A stretch of 63,995 nt of DNA, the filler included, from Catajapyx aquilonaris (lineage: Eukaryota): NCBI GenBank assembly GCA_000934665.2. It is 3 parts of 3 records of this genome, joined end to end, with 100 filler letters (N's around TTAATTAATTAA, not from the genome) between each part and the next. Parts side by side here need not be neighbours in the genome. Positions count along the whole stretch, not along the records: positions 1 to 21,698 come from KZ539456.1; positions 21,799 to 43,468 come from JYFJ02006007.1; 1 more part is not named here. The stretch is one strand, 5' to 3'. The position numbers and the translations under genes were made by a program. The notes under the pieces are model-generated. The model ran no database searches and was not told where the DNA came from. It saw only the letters and a program-made list of their open reading frames with translations. Below are positions 12,053 through 25,911 of the stretch, in pieces. Numbering within the stretch: the first letter of the stretch is position 1; the number at the start of each line of letters is the position of its first letter.

Positions 12053-13757
12053 GCCTCCCCTCATTCTGAGATAATACTTGCAAGTACAAAACTTTTGCTT
12101 GAAGCTGTACTCGCACATGCTAACTATCACGACTACAATTAGTCCACAGCGGTCTACACGCGTAATACCCCCCCCCCCCAAAAAAAAATTAGCCTTTTCC
12201 AGAACAATTGAAGTTACTAAGGGGAAGGTTACCCCTTGATTACTTTATTTTTGCATAGCTGAATAATACTGATAAACCTAAAGAATTCGTTCTATATTCA
12301 CATACTCTGCTTACTATCAACATATAGGCAGGAGAACACTAATAGAATCACTCCTTTTCCCATCCCTAACTGAAGGGGTTTCCTGCTCATTTCGATGGCG
12401 ACTGACCTACACTATTCTGTTGACCTCTCTATTTCGTAACTTGGAAATAAAGGGTTACATAACTAGGGGGTGATGGTAACAAGATGGCTGCCCTCTTCCT
12501 GTTCCTCTGCCGCCATTTCCTTGAGAGCTCAGCAATTAGTTCCTTTGGCCCACCGAAAAATGTTGCAAGCCCGCCACTCCAGATAAGACTTTATCTACGT
12601 GAAAGCTAGACCATTCGAGGCAAGCCCCGACTTCAAAGCCAATTAAGTGCGCAATTAGCTCAAGGTTGGAAGTCAGCGCAGATAGCACGCGCTTCCGGTA
12701 ACAAGGAAAAGAAACAGGGTTTATTTTCGGTGCGGCTGAGGGATGCTTCTCTTTTGTGGAATGTTCGCTTCCAAAAAAGAATAAGAAAAAAAAAACCCTG
12801 ATTGGAATCTCATTTCTCACGCCCATTGCAATTTTACAGGAAGGGTGTTGAATTTTCGCATGAATAGGGGGCTCGCTTTTGGAAGAAGGGAGCAGCTTAC
12901 AAGATTTCGAGCTGCTCGGCTGGCTCACCCTCCAAGGAGTCGAAATAATATTACGAGATGTGTTCAGTTATAAAAATGATGGCTGTCGGTAGACCTTACT
13001 GGTCCAGGAACAAGTTTGATATAAATAGAGTATAATGTGCAAGTGAGTTGCTGCCGAGTCGCCTTCGAATCGTCTTGAAAATCAAGTACAATATAATGTC
13101 CACCAGGACTCAAGTAACATAGTAGCACGTCGTAAATGATTCTATCGAGGCGAAACGTTGTTAGCGAATGTAATGCATGAGACTGAGCTAGGATGTATGT
13201 TATGTATAGAGCACAAGGTATAGAGAAACTTGTAGTCCTTCCTGCAGTGGAAATGAATAAGCAAATGCGAACACTATGAATTAATTGATTAATAATCCAG
13301 GCTATAACTTGTTGAGGTTATGTTTTATTATATGCCTACTCGAGCCGTAGCATACGATTTATTTACAGAAAAAGCAAAACGCGACATCCTCAATAATGCC
13401 AAGGGAGTCAAACGTCCACTAAAGACAGATACCAAGTTAGATCACCGTATAGGTGGCTGCTGCCCTGACCGATCATGATAAAGGCTGTCTACGCTCGGAA
13501 GGTTTTCCGAATGCCATGATGGATCCCAATCTAATAAGCCACTGTTGTCTCCGTCCCCCCATTTCTAATCTGGCAGGAGTCTTGCAAAAGAGGATTGAGG
13601 TAACATGTAGGCAATGGAACTGTTTAGTTTAAGTGCTACCTAAAGTTAAATAACCAGTTTGGGGCATTAAGCACCACATTTTCTTCTTAATTTGGATCAT
13701 GTAACAATTACCTCTTCATAGCATAAACTCTAAAGAGACGATTGATGCGTACGTGGT

Positions 13758-13758
<1 letters not shown>

Positions 13759-13820
<62 letters not shown>
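13759..13820. repeat. (AAT)n microsatellite
   Basis: Directly visible trinucleotide run. Confidence 0.95.
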
Positions 13821-16800
13821 GTTTTGTGAGAGCCCTGTTTAATGCGTATCTGCCTAACACTTATTTTCATTCATGGGAAACAACTTGAGAATAATGATCT
13901 GAACGGGTTGTGAAAGCATTTAACCTTGGCTTCTACCATCACCCCTTTTCAGGTTGAATCACTAAAATTATTATATTTGTGAGAAAACTCCCTTATTACA
14001 AGCACGATATCAACATGTGCTCCTCTCTCCATTTTCTTTCGGAGCTGACTGCTCATCAGCATTAACTCCATCATGGCCCACAAATCCTTGAGTCATATGG
14101 ATGCTATTTTTTCTTCAAATGGGGGTGGCTATAAAACGAAGCCTGATATAATTTGGTGAAGTGAAAACGGTTATATAGATGAGCGAGTGGCGCATAAAAG
14201 TTGCGCAGTGGACTCGTAGGAGTGGGTCTCGAGTCATCAGGTGGAGTTTGTGTGCCCTACCACTCAGTCCGTTACATCTCACGTGCCCGGTACCATCGAA
14301 AGGAGCCTTCCCGCCGTCCCTTGCTAGCTGTTCATCAACACCAACCAGAAATATGCGCTATTCGACGTCTTGAAGCGTGCACAAAGTACGTCAAAGTGGA
14401 GCGTGTGTGAGCCAAGTTCGGACTCTTAAGGGGTTTCAAAAAAAAAAAAAAAAAAAAAAAGTGGAGGGGACCCTGAGTCCAGTCAAGGTCAGGATGACCC
14501 GGCTCGACCTGATCGTCGTACTCTGGTTGGGTGTTTTTCATCTGTCCGGAGCCCATTTGCCTATCAGGGCAGAGGTGAGGCACTTTTTTGCATCGTTATA
14601 AAATGCACGTGTTTTGTTACTTAAGAAGGGCAGTGCTTGAAAAAGTGAGTGACAGGTCGACTACCCCGATCCGGTTTTAGCAGTGATATAGATATAAAAA
14701 GGACAAAAACCTAGTTCGAGGATTTATCCAGGTAAAGTCTACATAGCAGGGCGTAATGGACAGCACTATAAATCTTGGTGGCATGTTGGGCATTTTACGA
14801 TGTTCTCTACGGTTTTCTTCCCTTTTCCCCCGTCTCCAGCTTAACCATAACTTTCATTATTAATAGTGACCACCTTGGAGCAGATTCATTATCTTATATA
14901 GACAATTTTGCTGGGTTCAGATATTGCGCTGGTAATTAAAATGTGTCTGTACACCTGACCGGACATTGCATATTGTCTAGTGTGTTTACTTCATCCCATA
15001 TCAGCAACGACCTTTGGGAGCGTTTCAACTGGCTATGTGAAATTTATATCACGCGAGTGTGAATCACTCGAAACCACTTCCACAGGATCTTGCCTTATTC
15101 TCTATAAGAAAATCCTAGATATCCCCCACAAGCCGGTCGCCTCATTTGAATCAGAGCCCGGCTCGGAATCAAAATGTGTGGCCCATAGATGCGTGGTTAG
15201 GCTTGGGCAATCGGAGCAGATCAATCAGTTGTGAAAATGCGAAAGAATGGGCGTGAAGGGGGCAATCTGGCCAAGTGGGAAGCGAGCAATCTAGTTGCCA
15301 CTCATGTCACACAAACGGCCGGCGGCCATCCTAACCGCGCCTCCCCCATCTCTTATTTCTTTTTCTTTTTTTCTTTTGTTTCTGCTCCGGGGATAGGACC
15401 CCTGGAGGCTGTGGCCTAGATTGAGCCTTCGCGCACGCCAACTTCACCAACCGCCTTCAGCCCTTTCCCATCCTTATCCTCACGCACAGGCAACTTGCAT
15501 TACCGCAAACTTGGAATCCTAGACGGAATTTTTGCCCATTTAAAAAAAATATTTGCCCCCTCCAGATGCCTCCAGCTCAGGCTTCCCAATCGAAAGGAAT
15601 CTTAAAAGTGGAATTAAATGAGGTGTGTCAAGAACAGGTAGCGTTACGGATGCCCACCCATGTAACATGCGTGAGGCTAGAGGGTGCGTTAAATTATGTG
15701 AAGGCCTTCGGTATACGGATTTGGAGCTTTGGATTATTGGAGTTTTATAGGTGGAAAGTGAAAACAATGAGAAACCTTTAACGTAATCAGCAGGTGTGAC
15801 TCACAAGTAATATTAATTAATAGCCACTTGATGGTTTTAAATACAGGTTGCAAAATCATTTCGATGCAGAACAACACGAAAGAGGACTTTCCGTGCAAAA
15901 GGGAGGGATGTCGTGTTACGTATCAAAACAGTAGGTGCAGGGTGTCCCAGAAGTCCTCTTTGTTGGATCAGTATGTTGTATATTGGTTTTTGAGCTTGGA
16001 AGATTGGTTTGGCAGTCATGCGTGAAAACCGTGACATAAGTTTTCATGCATGGACTTGGGAGAGATTGCATTACAACGCACTGTTCAAAATTAATTTTCC
16101 ACAAAGACTTCGAGTTCTGGGCCACACTGTAAGGACCAGTTCGCCATGAAAGTGTTAAGAGTATGCGTGGAGATCTTTGTTTTCACTTTCACGCCTCTTC
16201 TGGATAGTAAAAACCTTTTTTTTTTCCTCCGCTCTAGTCGAGACATGTTGACCCTAATTAGATCTTTTGAGGGGTAATATTTTACATTCTAAGTGTTGAT
16301 TCGAAGTAATTAAATATTCAGGTGAAAATATCTGGTTTCCTTTGGCATACGGTACACATGTCGAAAAAAAAAGCGTATAAAGAGCCGAGTTTGATGAGAT
16401 TTACTGCCGGCTCTAATGGGACGTTTCCATCCAATGCTGGGATGTGTGAAGCTGTTGGGGTGCTGGGACGAGGCACGAAACAAGAGGGGTAGCAGGATGC
16501 TTCAAGAAGGAAGTTAGTGCGTAGAGGCAGTTAGCTTTGATGGACAAGCCTCCTTTGGCATCAAGCTCTCTCGACAACTAGAGAAGCCAAAAACCGCACT
16601 TTAAACCAAATTGCATCAAGTGCGGCCTAGTAGAGTAGAGGGGGGGAAAACTGAATGTACAGTGACCTCGCGCGAGCTTTTGGAATTCTTGGTCGGCTTG
16701 AAGCCCCATAGCCCCCATAGCAGGGGGTCCCTTTGTCGAAAGGGGGGCTCCAGCATGTCTGCTGGAGGGCCAGACTGCGGGGCGGCCCCGCAATCAAATT

Positions 16801-19800
16801 TGAGTGTGGAGGGACCTTTCCTGCCCCCAGGCCACATTTCTTTCTCGGATTCCAACCACCTGAAAGAGTGGGGGCCTTCTATTCCTTTGTCTGCCTATTA
16901 TACCAAGTAGAGGGTTGGGGAGTCGAGCCCGCGGCCATTTTCCTCCACTCCATGAAAAGCCTACGACTTTTCTACCCAACCCTTTCTTTATTAGGCCTAC
17001 TTCACTTGGGGAGTGTGTCGGATTAACTGTCAAGGAGGACTCCAGGCACAATAGGGGAATTGCTTCTTTCTTGGGGCTGCTTGCGTGGTCGAACTTTTGG
17101 AGATGTTGCTGGCTCAGACCGTTAGTAAGCGTTATTTTCTGGATCATTCCGATGGTTCATAAATGGAGTGGCACTGACTCGAGTACAAATAACTTGACAC
17201 CCAAGAGCTGGCGTGTAAAGCAGCCTGATGTGAGTGACGGGACAAGTACACCAGGAAAGTTGAAAAATCGAATACAAGTACTAGGGGTTTTGAGTAGATG
17301 GCCCCAACTTTTTCGGACGCAGGTCAGTACAAGAGGGCAACAAAAGCTGAAGGGCCATTCGGCAAGAAAGTTGAACAAAGTTGACGCTACAAAAGGGAGC
17401 CTTCTTACTTGAAAAGGATTACTTGACTGGGACAGGGAGTTGGGATGAGATCTTTTGAATTGGAAGAATAGAAACTAAGTGCTGGAGAGGCGCACCTGGC
17501 CTCTGAACCTGGGTGGGCCCCTACCACGCGGGTTTCTCCCCTTCGGGACAAGGTATATGAAGGCGTGGCCATCAGGATAGAAAAAGAGTGAAAAAAGTAG
17601 AAGAGAGACAGAGCTAGATAGGGTGCGTGCAAGGGGTCACTTTCTCAATAAATGGGTTTTCTACTCGTTGCGGCCAAGTTTTCGATCATTATTTTTGGTG
17701 ACCGTGGTAGAGGTGAGGCGGAGGGGGAGACCTTACCATAGAATGAATTTCAAGGTGAAATTTATGAGGGTTTCTTCAGGTTCACCTTCTACGCAAAGGT
17801 CTGTCTCGATGGCTCCCCTACGGAGCGAGCAGGAATTTACAGCTTCCCTCCAGCTGGAATTCAATTGCAACTTGACGGCGCAGGTCGTCTTCTGAACTTG
17901 GAGGCCTCTGTGTCCAAAATGAGTTACTGGTCAAGGATAGCTGCCAACTTTGGATTGTGTCATTGCATTCATAACTGTACTGCTATGATGGGGCCTAACC
18001 TTTGGCAACATATTTTTTTTAAATAGCTAAGGTAATTTATTCATGCCACACCAGGAATGCATGGCACTGCTTTGCATAGTAATACGCAAGACTATTAGGC
18101 TTCTTCCTGTGAAATACCATACTGTGTTAATTAATAACTAACGAGATCCTGCTTGACACCGCTAAATAAAAGGGCACGACAAAAAGCAGGGCAGGATTAG
18201 GGACAAACACAAAAAACAGGCCGTGTTGCTTATAAGCCTACTCAGCAACTGGCTGTGGTGTGCTTATCACACCTTTTTTTTCCTCCTCTTCCTGAGCGGC
18301 CTCTCCCATGCTTAAAAGTTGATGCTGCATGACAAATCCAAACGACTAGGCTTAACACCCATGCTGACAGGTGAAGTGACAGCTTCACAAAATGCAATAA
18401 GTATACTGAGAGTCATCCTAAATGTATTTGGCCTTTTCCTGGAAGAGGAAAAAATCTGAGTCATGTGTCCCTTTTTGTATCCCCTAACCGGAGGTTTCTG
18501 TTAGGCTCCAAATTACAGGTGTGGTTGAGGAGGCCCCCGGGTCAAAACAGGCCGTTCAATCTGAGAAGCGAATTTTGTTCGAGGGGTGGAGGTGAAGGAA
18601 GAAGGTGCACCCCTCAATCCCCTTCTGGGCAACCTCCAGGTGAAATAGGAAAAAAAAGGAATTCACACCTGGGATTAGAGGGTGGCCCCCCTGTAGTGTC
18701 CCGGTGCAGTAAATTTAGGATCACACTTCTCGTTTCTCACCTGGGCCTTCTCCTTTTACGTTTTTCACCCCCGCGGGGATTTTTTGGGACACAGATGCCC
18801 CCCCGTCAAATATATAAATCAAGGGCTCTCCCGGAACTGCGGTGGGCACATTGCTTCTTCAACATGGCCGCATTGCATCTTCTACAGCCCCAGCCTTCTG
18901 CTGTCGTTAATATGCTCGCGTGCGTGCCTTTTCAATAGGATCTAATGAGCTCGAAAGCCCCACGTTGGGGTAATGATCGGCATGCCATGTGTAACTGCTG
19001 GGGTCGCATTCATAAGACAGTGGAAGAAACGCTGTTGCCAGATCCTGGTCGTGTCGTCCGCGTGCTTGCCATCAGGTCATGCAGAAGAGTAATTGCCACT
19101 TATGTGGCTTATTTTTGCTCGCCCCTGTCGTTCACGTCACAATATTTCACTTCTTCAATTGCCTATATATTCTCCGACGTCAAAAATCCCCCACTCCATG
19201 CTGTGGCTAAAGGTCACTTAGGTAAGTTGAGTACTCTGCTTACTGGTGCCAAGTTGATGGTTTCAACACATTTCTGGGCTCAACTTCCATAAGAGAATGC
19301 TGAAGGCCCATCTGGAATACAGTCATCAACGCAGTTAAATCACTAGATGGGCGTACAAGACTGGCTCTGAAATGTGCAGGGGCGCGTCAACAGGGTGTGT
19401 AAATTCCATAGCGCTAATAAATTGAGGCGTTGCGTCCCAAAACTGACTAGCCAGATGCAGATATGTACTGCCCATAAAGAAACACGTGGGATGCCATGCC
19501 TCGAGTGATGGTTTGTTCCAGAATGCACTGCTTCTATAAATTCTCACGTCTTTTTTTTTGCTATGCAATGACACAAACGTGTTGCTATATAAAATAACGG
19601 ATAACTCATGAGACCCGCAAGACCAGTGACCCGCAATGTAAAGGGAGGGAAATGAAAGCAATTAAGACCAAACTTGTGTCAGTGACTCGAGAGCATGAGT
19701 CGTGGGATCGAATATTCCGAATGCGGTTATTCACGCGAACGATCCGGAATAGTGTCCTAGAAGCGCTCGAGGCATATACTAACATGTCAGTCGCAAATAA

Positions 19801-21698
19801 ATAAATAAATAAAATAGCTGGTAAAAATTGGCAGAGCAGAAGGTGCGAACGTATCGCCTGAAGCTGGTTCTGGAGGCTGTCCAAATTGAAGGCATGTCCT
19901 TCCAAACTGCCATCATTACAAACGAGCCTGATGAGATGAGAGGGCGGCAGATGGGGCAAAAGATGACGTATCAAGTTAACTTGTGGCATGCTTAGAGGCA
20001 GCACGCTTTCTGCACTCTGTAAGGGCTGTCACATATTCACACTCTTGACATTGCAAGTAAGAGCTCGAGCAATGCGAGCAAGTGAAGCTGTGCGGGGGAT
20101 GTTTCCAGACTGGATGAGTGTTGCCAAAAGTGCAATCTGGTTTGTGCCTATCGCCTCCGAAGAGTTTGTCAAACAAACCGCTCCACATAAACGACTTTAT
20201 GGGTTGGGTATAGACGAAGTAATTTACTATGGAAGTGGGAAGTAAACGAGCAAACCCGGACATGACTCCGATACTCGGGTCTTGTATACAGGTGTGTTGT
20301 TTCCTGGTGGAGGGCTTGCAGCTGATGCAAACTATCAGAGATGCGCATATATTCGTCAAGTTCAACGCGGTCATGTCGGTATACTTGCATAGAACGAGGA
20401 TCTCCAAACTGGTAGCCTTGCGGTTTTCTTGGGGCCCTTCGAAGGTGTACTCTGCACCACTTTTCTACGGAGACAAGCAAGCAGAGCATTTACACCGGCA
20501 GACTATATTATTAAGTTACTTATTTATATTTTGCTGCATTGTGGATATGAATTCTCTGGCCGATTATATTTTCTGCGCTCAATTGCAGTTTGTTATATGT
20601 GCCTATTTTTAGCAATTATTTTTGTAATGCTTGTACACGATAATTGTGTAACAAAATGGTGCGCATTATATTAGTTTCCCTTCAGACCGTAATATATGTC
20701 AGCATGGTAAAATAGGCCACATATCTTGCTTATGCTGGGGGTAGATCTTCAGGCAGCTAAACTTAATTGTTTGCTCCATTGCAACCACCACTGACAGAGA
20801 GTGATAAATCAACAAATCTCAGCAATTCCAATGAGAAAAATGATGGAAATTGGCATTCACAAAAATAATCATTAAGTACCGTACATTATTTTTCCCATCA
20901 CAGAAAATCCTGTCAAAGAGTATACGCCATGACCAGCATAAAGACATTCGGAGTCATTTTGTGTAACAGTGTTCTTTTGCCAGGTAAACCAAACCTAAAT
21001 TTTAAGATGAAGTTTGAAGATATGACCTGCTTTACTCCATCCGAAGGTGCATATGCTTCTATCTACGTTAAAAGTATTCTAAGAAAGGTAAAGATAACTA
21101 CCGTGATTCATTCTGCTTACTCTCATATATACTGACTCTCGAGTGTTAGTTTATCATACACAACTTGTTCTAGTGATAGATTAACTTCAACGACATTGGA
21201 TAAACATGAATGCCCGTTCTTGGAAGGCAGCACGTACACGGGGCATGTGTCTCAGCCGAGTGAACCGTCAGGAAGCTCCGCTTGTGATTAGCGGAACTCC
21301 TACACTGCCCTTGAGCTATGCAGATACAGAATAAAAATCTTCTTTTGCTACCTCGGAATCCAGCTGCCACTCCAAGTTTCCATATGTGGGTACCTTACAA
21401 AACCTCGCACTTTCATCCCTATCAAAAGACAATGTCACCGTTTCTCAGATTTGCCGCCAATGGTCAGCATCCAGCCATTTTTGAGCGATTGTGACATTGG
21501 GATGGTTTTGAAATGTGGTGTAGGTGACGGCCATCAGTCATATCATCGAAAGGCCTGACAATCCCTTCCATTGTTTGCTTCGGATCAGGTTTTGGATTTG
21601 AAATTAAGGGAGAGTCGCGACTTCCCGGTTTAGCGGCGCCCAATCCGTGACATATAGACAAGGACAAAACTTGCCAGTTTTTTTTTGTTTTGTTTTAA

Positions 21699-21798
21699 NN
21701 NNNNNNNNNNNNNNNNNNNNNNNNNNNNNNNNNNNNNNNNNNTTAATTAATTAANNNNNNNNNNNNNNNNNNNNNNNNNNNNNNNNNNNNNNNNNNNN
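21699..21798. other. Artificial contig linker (N44-TTAATTAATTAA-N44)
   Basis: Exactly 100 bp with a central 12-mer giving stops in all six frames; identical to 43469-43568. Confidence 0.95.
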
Positions 21799-21994
21799 GC
21801 GGCTACAAATCACACCCCCCCCCCCCAACAACGACCTATAAATCCGCTACTGGCTGCACATGTTTTTATTTTCGAATATGAACCCTGTGGTACCATATAA
21901 AATCTATATACTTTTACCCAGGGGCCCAGGAAAGGTAAATTCTGGACCTTGTCATAAACTAGTTGAATATCCTGGTGTAGAGAGCCGGATGGTA

Positions 21995-22298
21995 AATAAC
22001 GAAGTAAAAACGACAAAGGGCACGGGTGTCGCACCCGGATTCTTACTCTGACAGGATTTGATCACCCATTGCACATAGACCATTTGTCATGGACCAAAGG
22101 CTGGATTATTTGGAGGCCCTCCAGTTGGCTCTTTCTTCGTTGAAACTGGTGTGGCGAATGTGACATCACGAAACTTTGAAGGTGCAGTACGCATTAACTA
22201 TATGCAATGGTGCCCAAAACTAATTTCACATCCCTATATTGGTTTTACAAGTACTATCAGTCTACCTGGCAATTGTCCGAGCATTTCCCTTCACCCTG
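21995..22298. mobile_element. MITE family A, right-hand part
   Basis: Aligns to 4220-4487 and ends TTTCCCTTCACCCTG|TA. Confidence 0.75.
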
Positions 22299-22894
22299 TA
22301 TAATACTGTAAGTACCTTTGAAAATAGTCTTCATGTTAACTTATAATTGGCACTCTAGTTCATAATACACAGCTAAAAAAATTAAAACCACAATTCAAAA
22401 TGCAGGCAGTAACTAATAATGTTTGCATTCTCATCCACCACTTGAACAAAAACAAATGCCCTTGCAAGTGGCATATACTGCAAAACATTATTACACCAAA
22501 AAATTAATTGGAAACAAATTGACATCTTCTTGTGATGCTACATGGACAAGGAGGGCAGATGTGGATGGAAAACAATGTAACATTAACATGGAAGGGGGTA
22601 ATGCAGGCTGGGGTGTAGGCTAGGCTAAAATACATGGGTCGGGAGTACTAGGAAATTGTCCACAAGGCCACTGTGAGTTAAATATCATATTCAACACTCA
22701 GCCATATCTGAGGTGCTCCATTCAATAGTTCCCCAAAACTTCAAACTGACACATGGAGGTGAGAGTTGGTCAGAAATAATGGGCACAATGCATAAATGGG
22801 GACAAAACCAAGCCACAAACATGGGAGACAATGTTAAGACATATAGAGTGGGTGGAAGAGACAAACTCTCTTCTCTTTAGGGTGCATGACTCAC

Positions 22895-23020
22895 TTTGGC
22901 ATCACCCTGGCATCACTGAAGGTGACTCTAGGCCCACTGCCGGTCATGCGGAGTGATGCAGATCGGGATGGGCCTGATCTTGGAGAGCTCTCAAAGCTCT
23001 GGGAGGCACCATTCTGGGGG
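22895..23020 (-). CDS. BLTP1: BLTP1/tweek exon (last one visible)
   Basis: gctttAG|C CCC CAG...CCA AA|GTgagt, 126 nt, phase 2/2, in frame with the previous exon. Encodes PQNGASQSFESSPRSGPSRSASLRMTGSGPRVTFSDARVMP. Confidence 0.8.
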
Positions 23021-23384
23021 CTAAAGCAAGCATGTTCGCTAGCTCTACATATATTTTCTTCCCCCATACTAATGACTTTTCAATTTTGGAAAAGCAGCCT
23101 GGGAAGTCTTATGACATGAAATGAGATACTACAAATTCCATGCTATTTTATCACAAATGTTGTAAAATGTTCTCAGTAATGAATTTGATTACAGTTATAA
23201 AAGTCTACATAAGAAAATGATGGGGTATAAGGACAAGTCAAATGAAAGTGAGCCAAGGCAATTATGTCAGAAAGTATTACCTCTGTGGCAAAAAACAGTC
23301 ATCATTAGCACTGAAGCACTTGTCCCACAGACAAACGAACCTAGTGATTCCACTCTCATAAAAGTCTCTTGGTAGCTGCATCAG

Positions 23385-25911
23385 GGGGAGAAAGATGGCG
23401 TCGCAGCAGAAGTAACTGTGCCGGTCGCTCTCCCACATCGAAAGTCTTGTCGATGGGAGACTAGGGCTAGTTTGGCCGCTGTGCCTGGGCTTGGTGGCGC
23501 CCCGGTGCCCCGCCGTCCTTTTGCACCCCTGCGTCGCCTCGGTGCGTGGGGGGACGGGTTTTTTTGGCCCCCTTTTTAGGCCTAGGCCTAGCGGAAGCAT
23601 CTGTCAGGGAGGCTGGACTCCATGGTGGCGAGAGGTCAACTGGCGTTGGTCCTCACCTTGGATGTCCGGAACGCCTTCAACAGCGTCTTGCACAGACGGA
23701 TCGTCGCCACTCTGAGGGAGCGAGCCTGCCCACCCTGGCTCGAGCGCATCATCCGTGGTTTCCTGAAGCCGAGGGACATCTTGCTGCACAGGAGGCGGTA
23801 CACCATGGATCGGGGTTGTCCGCAAGGGAGCAGCCTTGGACCGACGCTGCGGATAGTGGCCATGGACTGCTGGTTCAACCTGTTCCGAGGCTTGGACGTT
23901 ACCCGGTACCATCCACAGGCCTATGCAGATGACCAGGTGGTGGTCTTGAGAGGGATCCACACCGGCAGAATTGAAGAGGCTCTGGGAGCAGTTGGAACAC
24001 CGACTACCTGACTGGGCGATGGGCCTCGGCTTGGAGTATAACGCCGGAAAGACAGCAGGGGTGATGGTCCATCCACGGATGCCGGGCCGAAAAGTTCCTA
24101 GACCCCCGTGGATCAAGCTCAGCGGCAGGGCCATCAAATTCTCCACCAATGTGAGGGTCCTGGGAGTGCAGGTGGACTCGGTCCTTGGCTGGGCACCCCA
24201 TGCTCGACGGATGTCGTCCGTAGTCAGGAGAGTCGCCGCTGGGGTGTGGCAGGTGGCCAGAGTCAACTGGGGACTGTCCCCTAGGAGCAGGGGGGTTATC
24301 CTGAAAGCGGCGATCTTGCCGATGCTGTTATTCGGTTCGGAGATGTCGGGCAGAGGTGTCTCGGCTCTGGGCATCAAAAAACATCTGCGAAGGGCCTCGC
24401 GTTCTTTTCTGCTTGCCATGACCAGCATTTACCGGACAACACCGACGAACGTGCTCTTCGCTCTGGTGGGCGTGGTTCCTCCGGACATCCGGGCTCGGAC
24501 CGCCTGGGAAGCGAGGCAGCAACTTCTCCGACAGTTGCAGGAAGGCACGACACCCCGTCTGATGGCTCCTGGGACGCTTCTGGTGCCTTGGACTTGGCAG
24601 AGGATGGACGTCCCGACGTGGGAAGGCTAGCCAGTCGACGCTGGGATGATGATTTTCACTGATGGATCCATCATGAGCCATGGAGCCGGAGGAGCGATGG
24701 TGAGGATGGTGGGTCCCCAGGAGGTGGTGACGGTGGAGAGCCACCCTTTTGTCAGAGACACGTAAATGTTCGACATCGAGCTGGGGATGGTGGTGCGAGC
24801 GGTGGAGACGGCGGTTCGGGAGGGACCAGTCGGCGACAGCCATAACTCAGTCTTCTCGGACTCAGGTTCGGCACTGCAGGCCATCGCCAGCCCTTGGGCC
24901 TCGCAGCTGACGGTGGCTGGCGCTCAGAGTGCGCTGAGGGTCCCCAGAGCTCCCATGTCCGCCTGGGCTGGGTGCAAGCGCACGTCGGCACACTCGGCAA
25001 TGAGTTGGCGGACCAGGCGGCTAAGGCGGCGACGGAGCGGAAGACTGGCCACCTCTATTTGGGAGAGCACCATCGGAACATCGCTGCACGTTGGGATCTG
25101 GAGGGCCTTCAGCTTTGGCAGGAGGATTGGGAGCAGGAAGGGCGTATGTGGACGAGGGAGTTCCTTCCGAACGTGGTGGTCGACCAGACCTGGAGAGGAC
25201 ACGTCGCCCAGATCCTTGTGAACCCCGGCCCCTTCCGGGCCTACTTCGGAGAGGTGGAACGGCTCGGGCGGCCCTTCTGAGGGACGGCGTCTGCAGCAGG
25301 CGCTGCTGGTCTTGCTCCGGGGAGGTGCTGTTGTCTAGTCTGCCGGACGAGTTCAACAGGTTCTGCCTGGCAATCATACGGCACTTGGCGAGCATCAACG
25401 ACGGCAGAGTGGGTGTTGCCGGTGGTCGGGGCGGAGGTGCAGGTCGTCGCGGGGAACACCGGGGATGATGAAAGTTACGCGGGTCAGAGCCGGGGATGGA
25501 GTAGGAGGAGGAGGGAGACACAGAGGAGATGGAAGGGTACAGCTGGGGTCCCACAGGTTGATGGGGGTCAGGAGAAGCCCTGATTTCTCTGACAGGACCT
25601 TTCCCTTTGTGGCTCGACGGAGGCCTGGGCGACCAGCCAGAAGTCGAGAGGCTTATCAGACGAGATTGGGGCGAGCTCCGGACCTTATGGGTTCGGGACT
25701 CAATCGTGGGACGGGGAGCTCCTCTGGGGGGTCGTCCCGATGGTCGAGTCTCGACCCTATGACGGCTAGGGTTCGATTCGGAAGCGAACGGGTGGTCCGT
25801 CTCTGGCGGACCATGATGGAAGGGACTTAAGAGTGATGATATAGGCTCTATCTGGGGCCCGGGGTTTAAGGACCTACATGGTCTGGAACAACCTCATTAA
25901 TATCTGACTAA
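23385..25911 (+). mobile_element. R1-clade non-LTR retrotransposon (RT + RNase H), internally deleted, frameshifted
   Basis: LDVRNAFNSV...GCPQGSSLGPTL...AYADD (R1/LOA-type RT); RNase H motifs IFTDGS...FSDSGSALQAI...WVQAHVGTLGNELADQAAKAA. Perfect 14-bp TSD GGTAGCTGCATCAG at 23371-23384 and 25912-25925. Confidence 0.9.

Noticed and set aside
19840..20520. Possible pogo/HTH_psq transposase or Cys/His-rich ORF
   Set aside because: Only a faint LEAVQ.EGMSF.TA resemblance with many stops; too weak to call.
21743..21754. TTAATTAATTAA palindrome as a biological site
   Set aside because: It is centred in N runs and duplicated exactly at 43513-43524, so it is an assembly linker.
23604..24428. 274-aa minus-strand ORF
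   Set aside because: It is antisense to the GC-rich R1 RT, an expected by-product.
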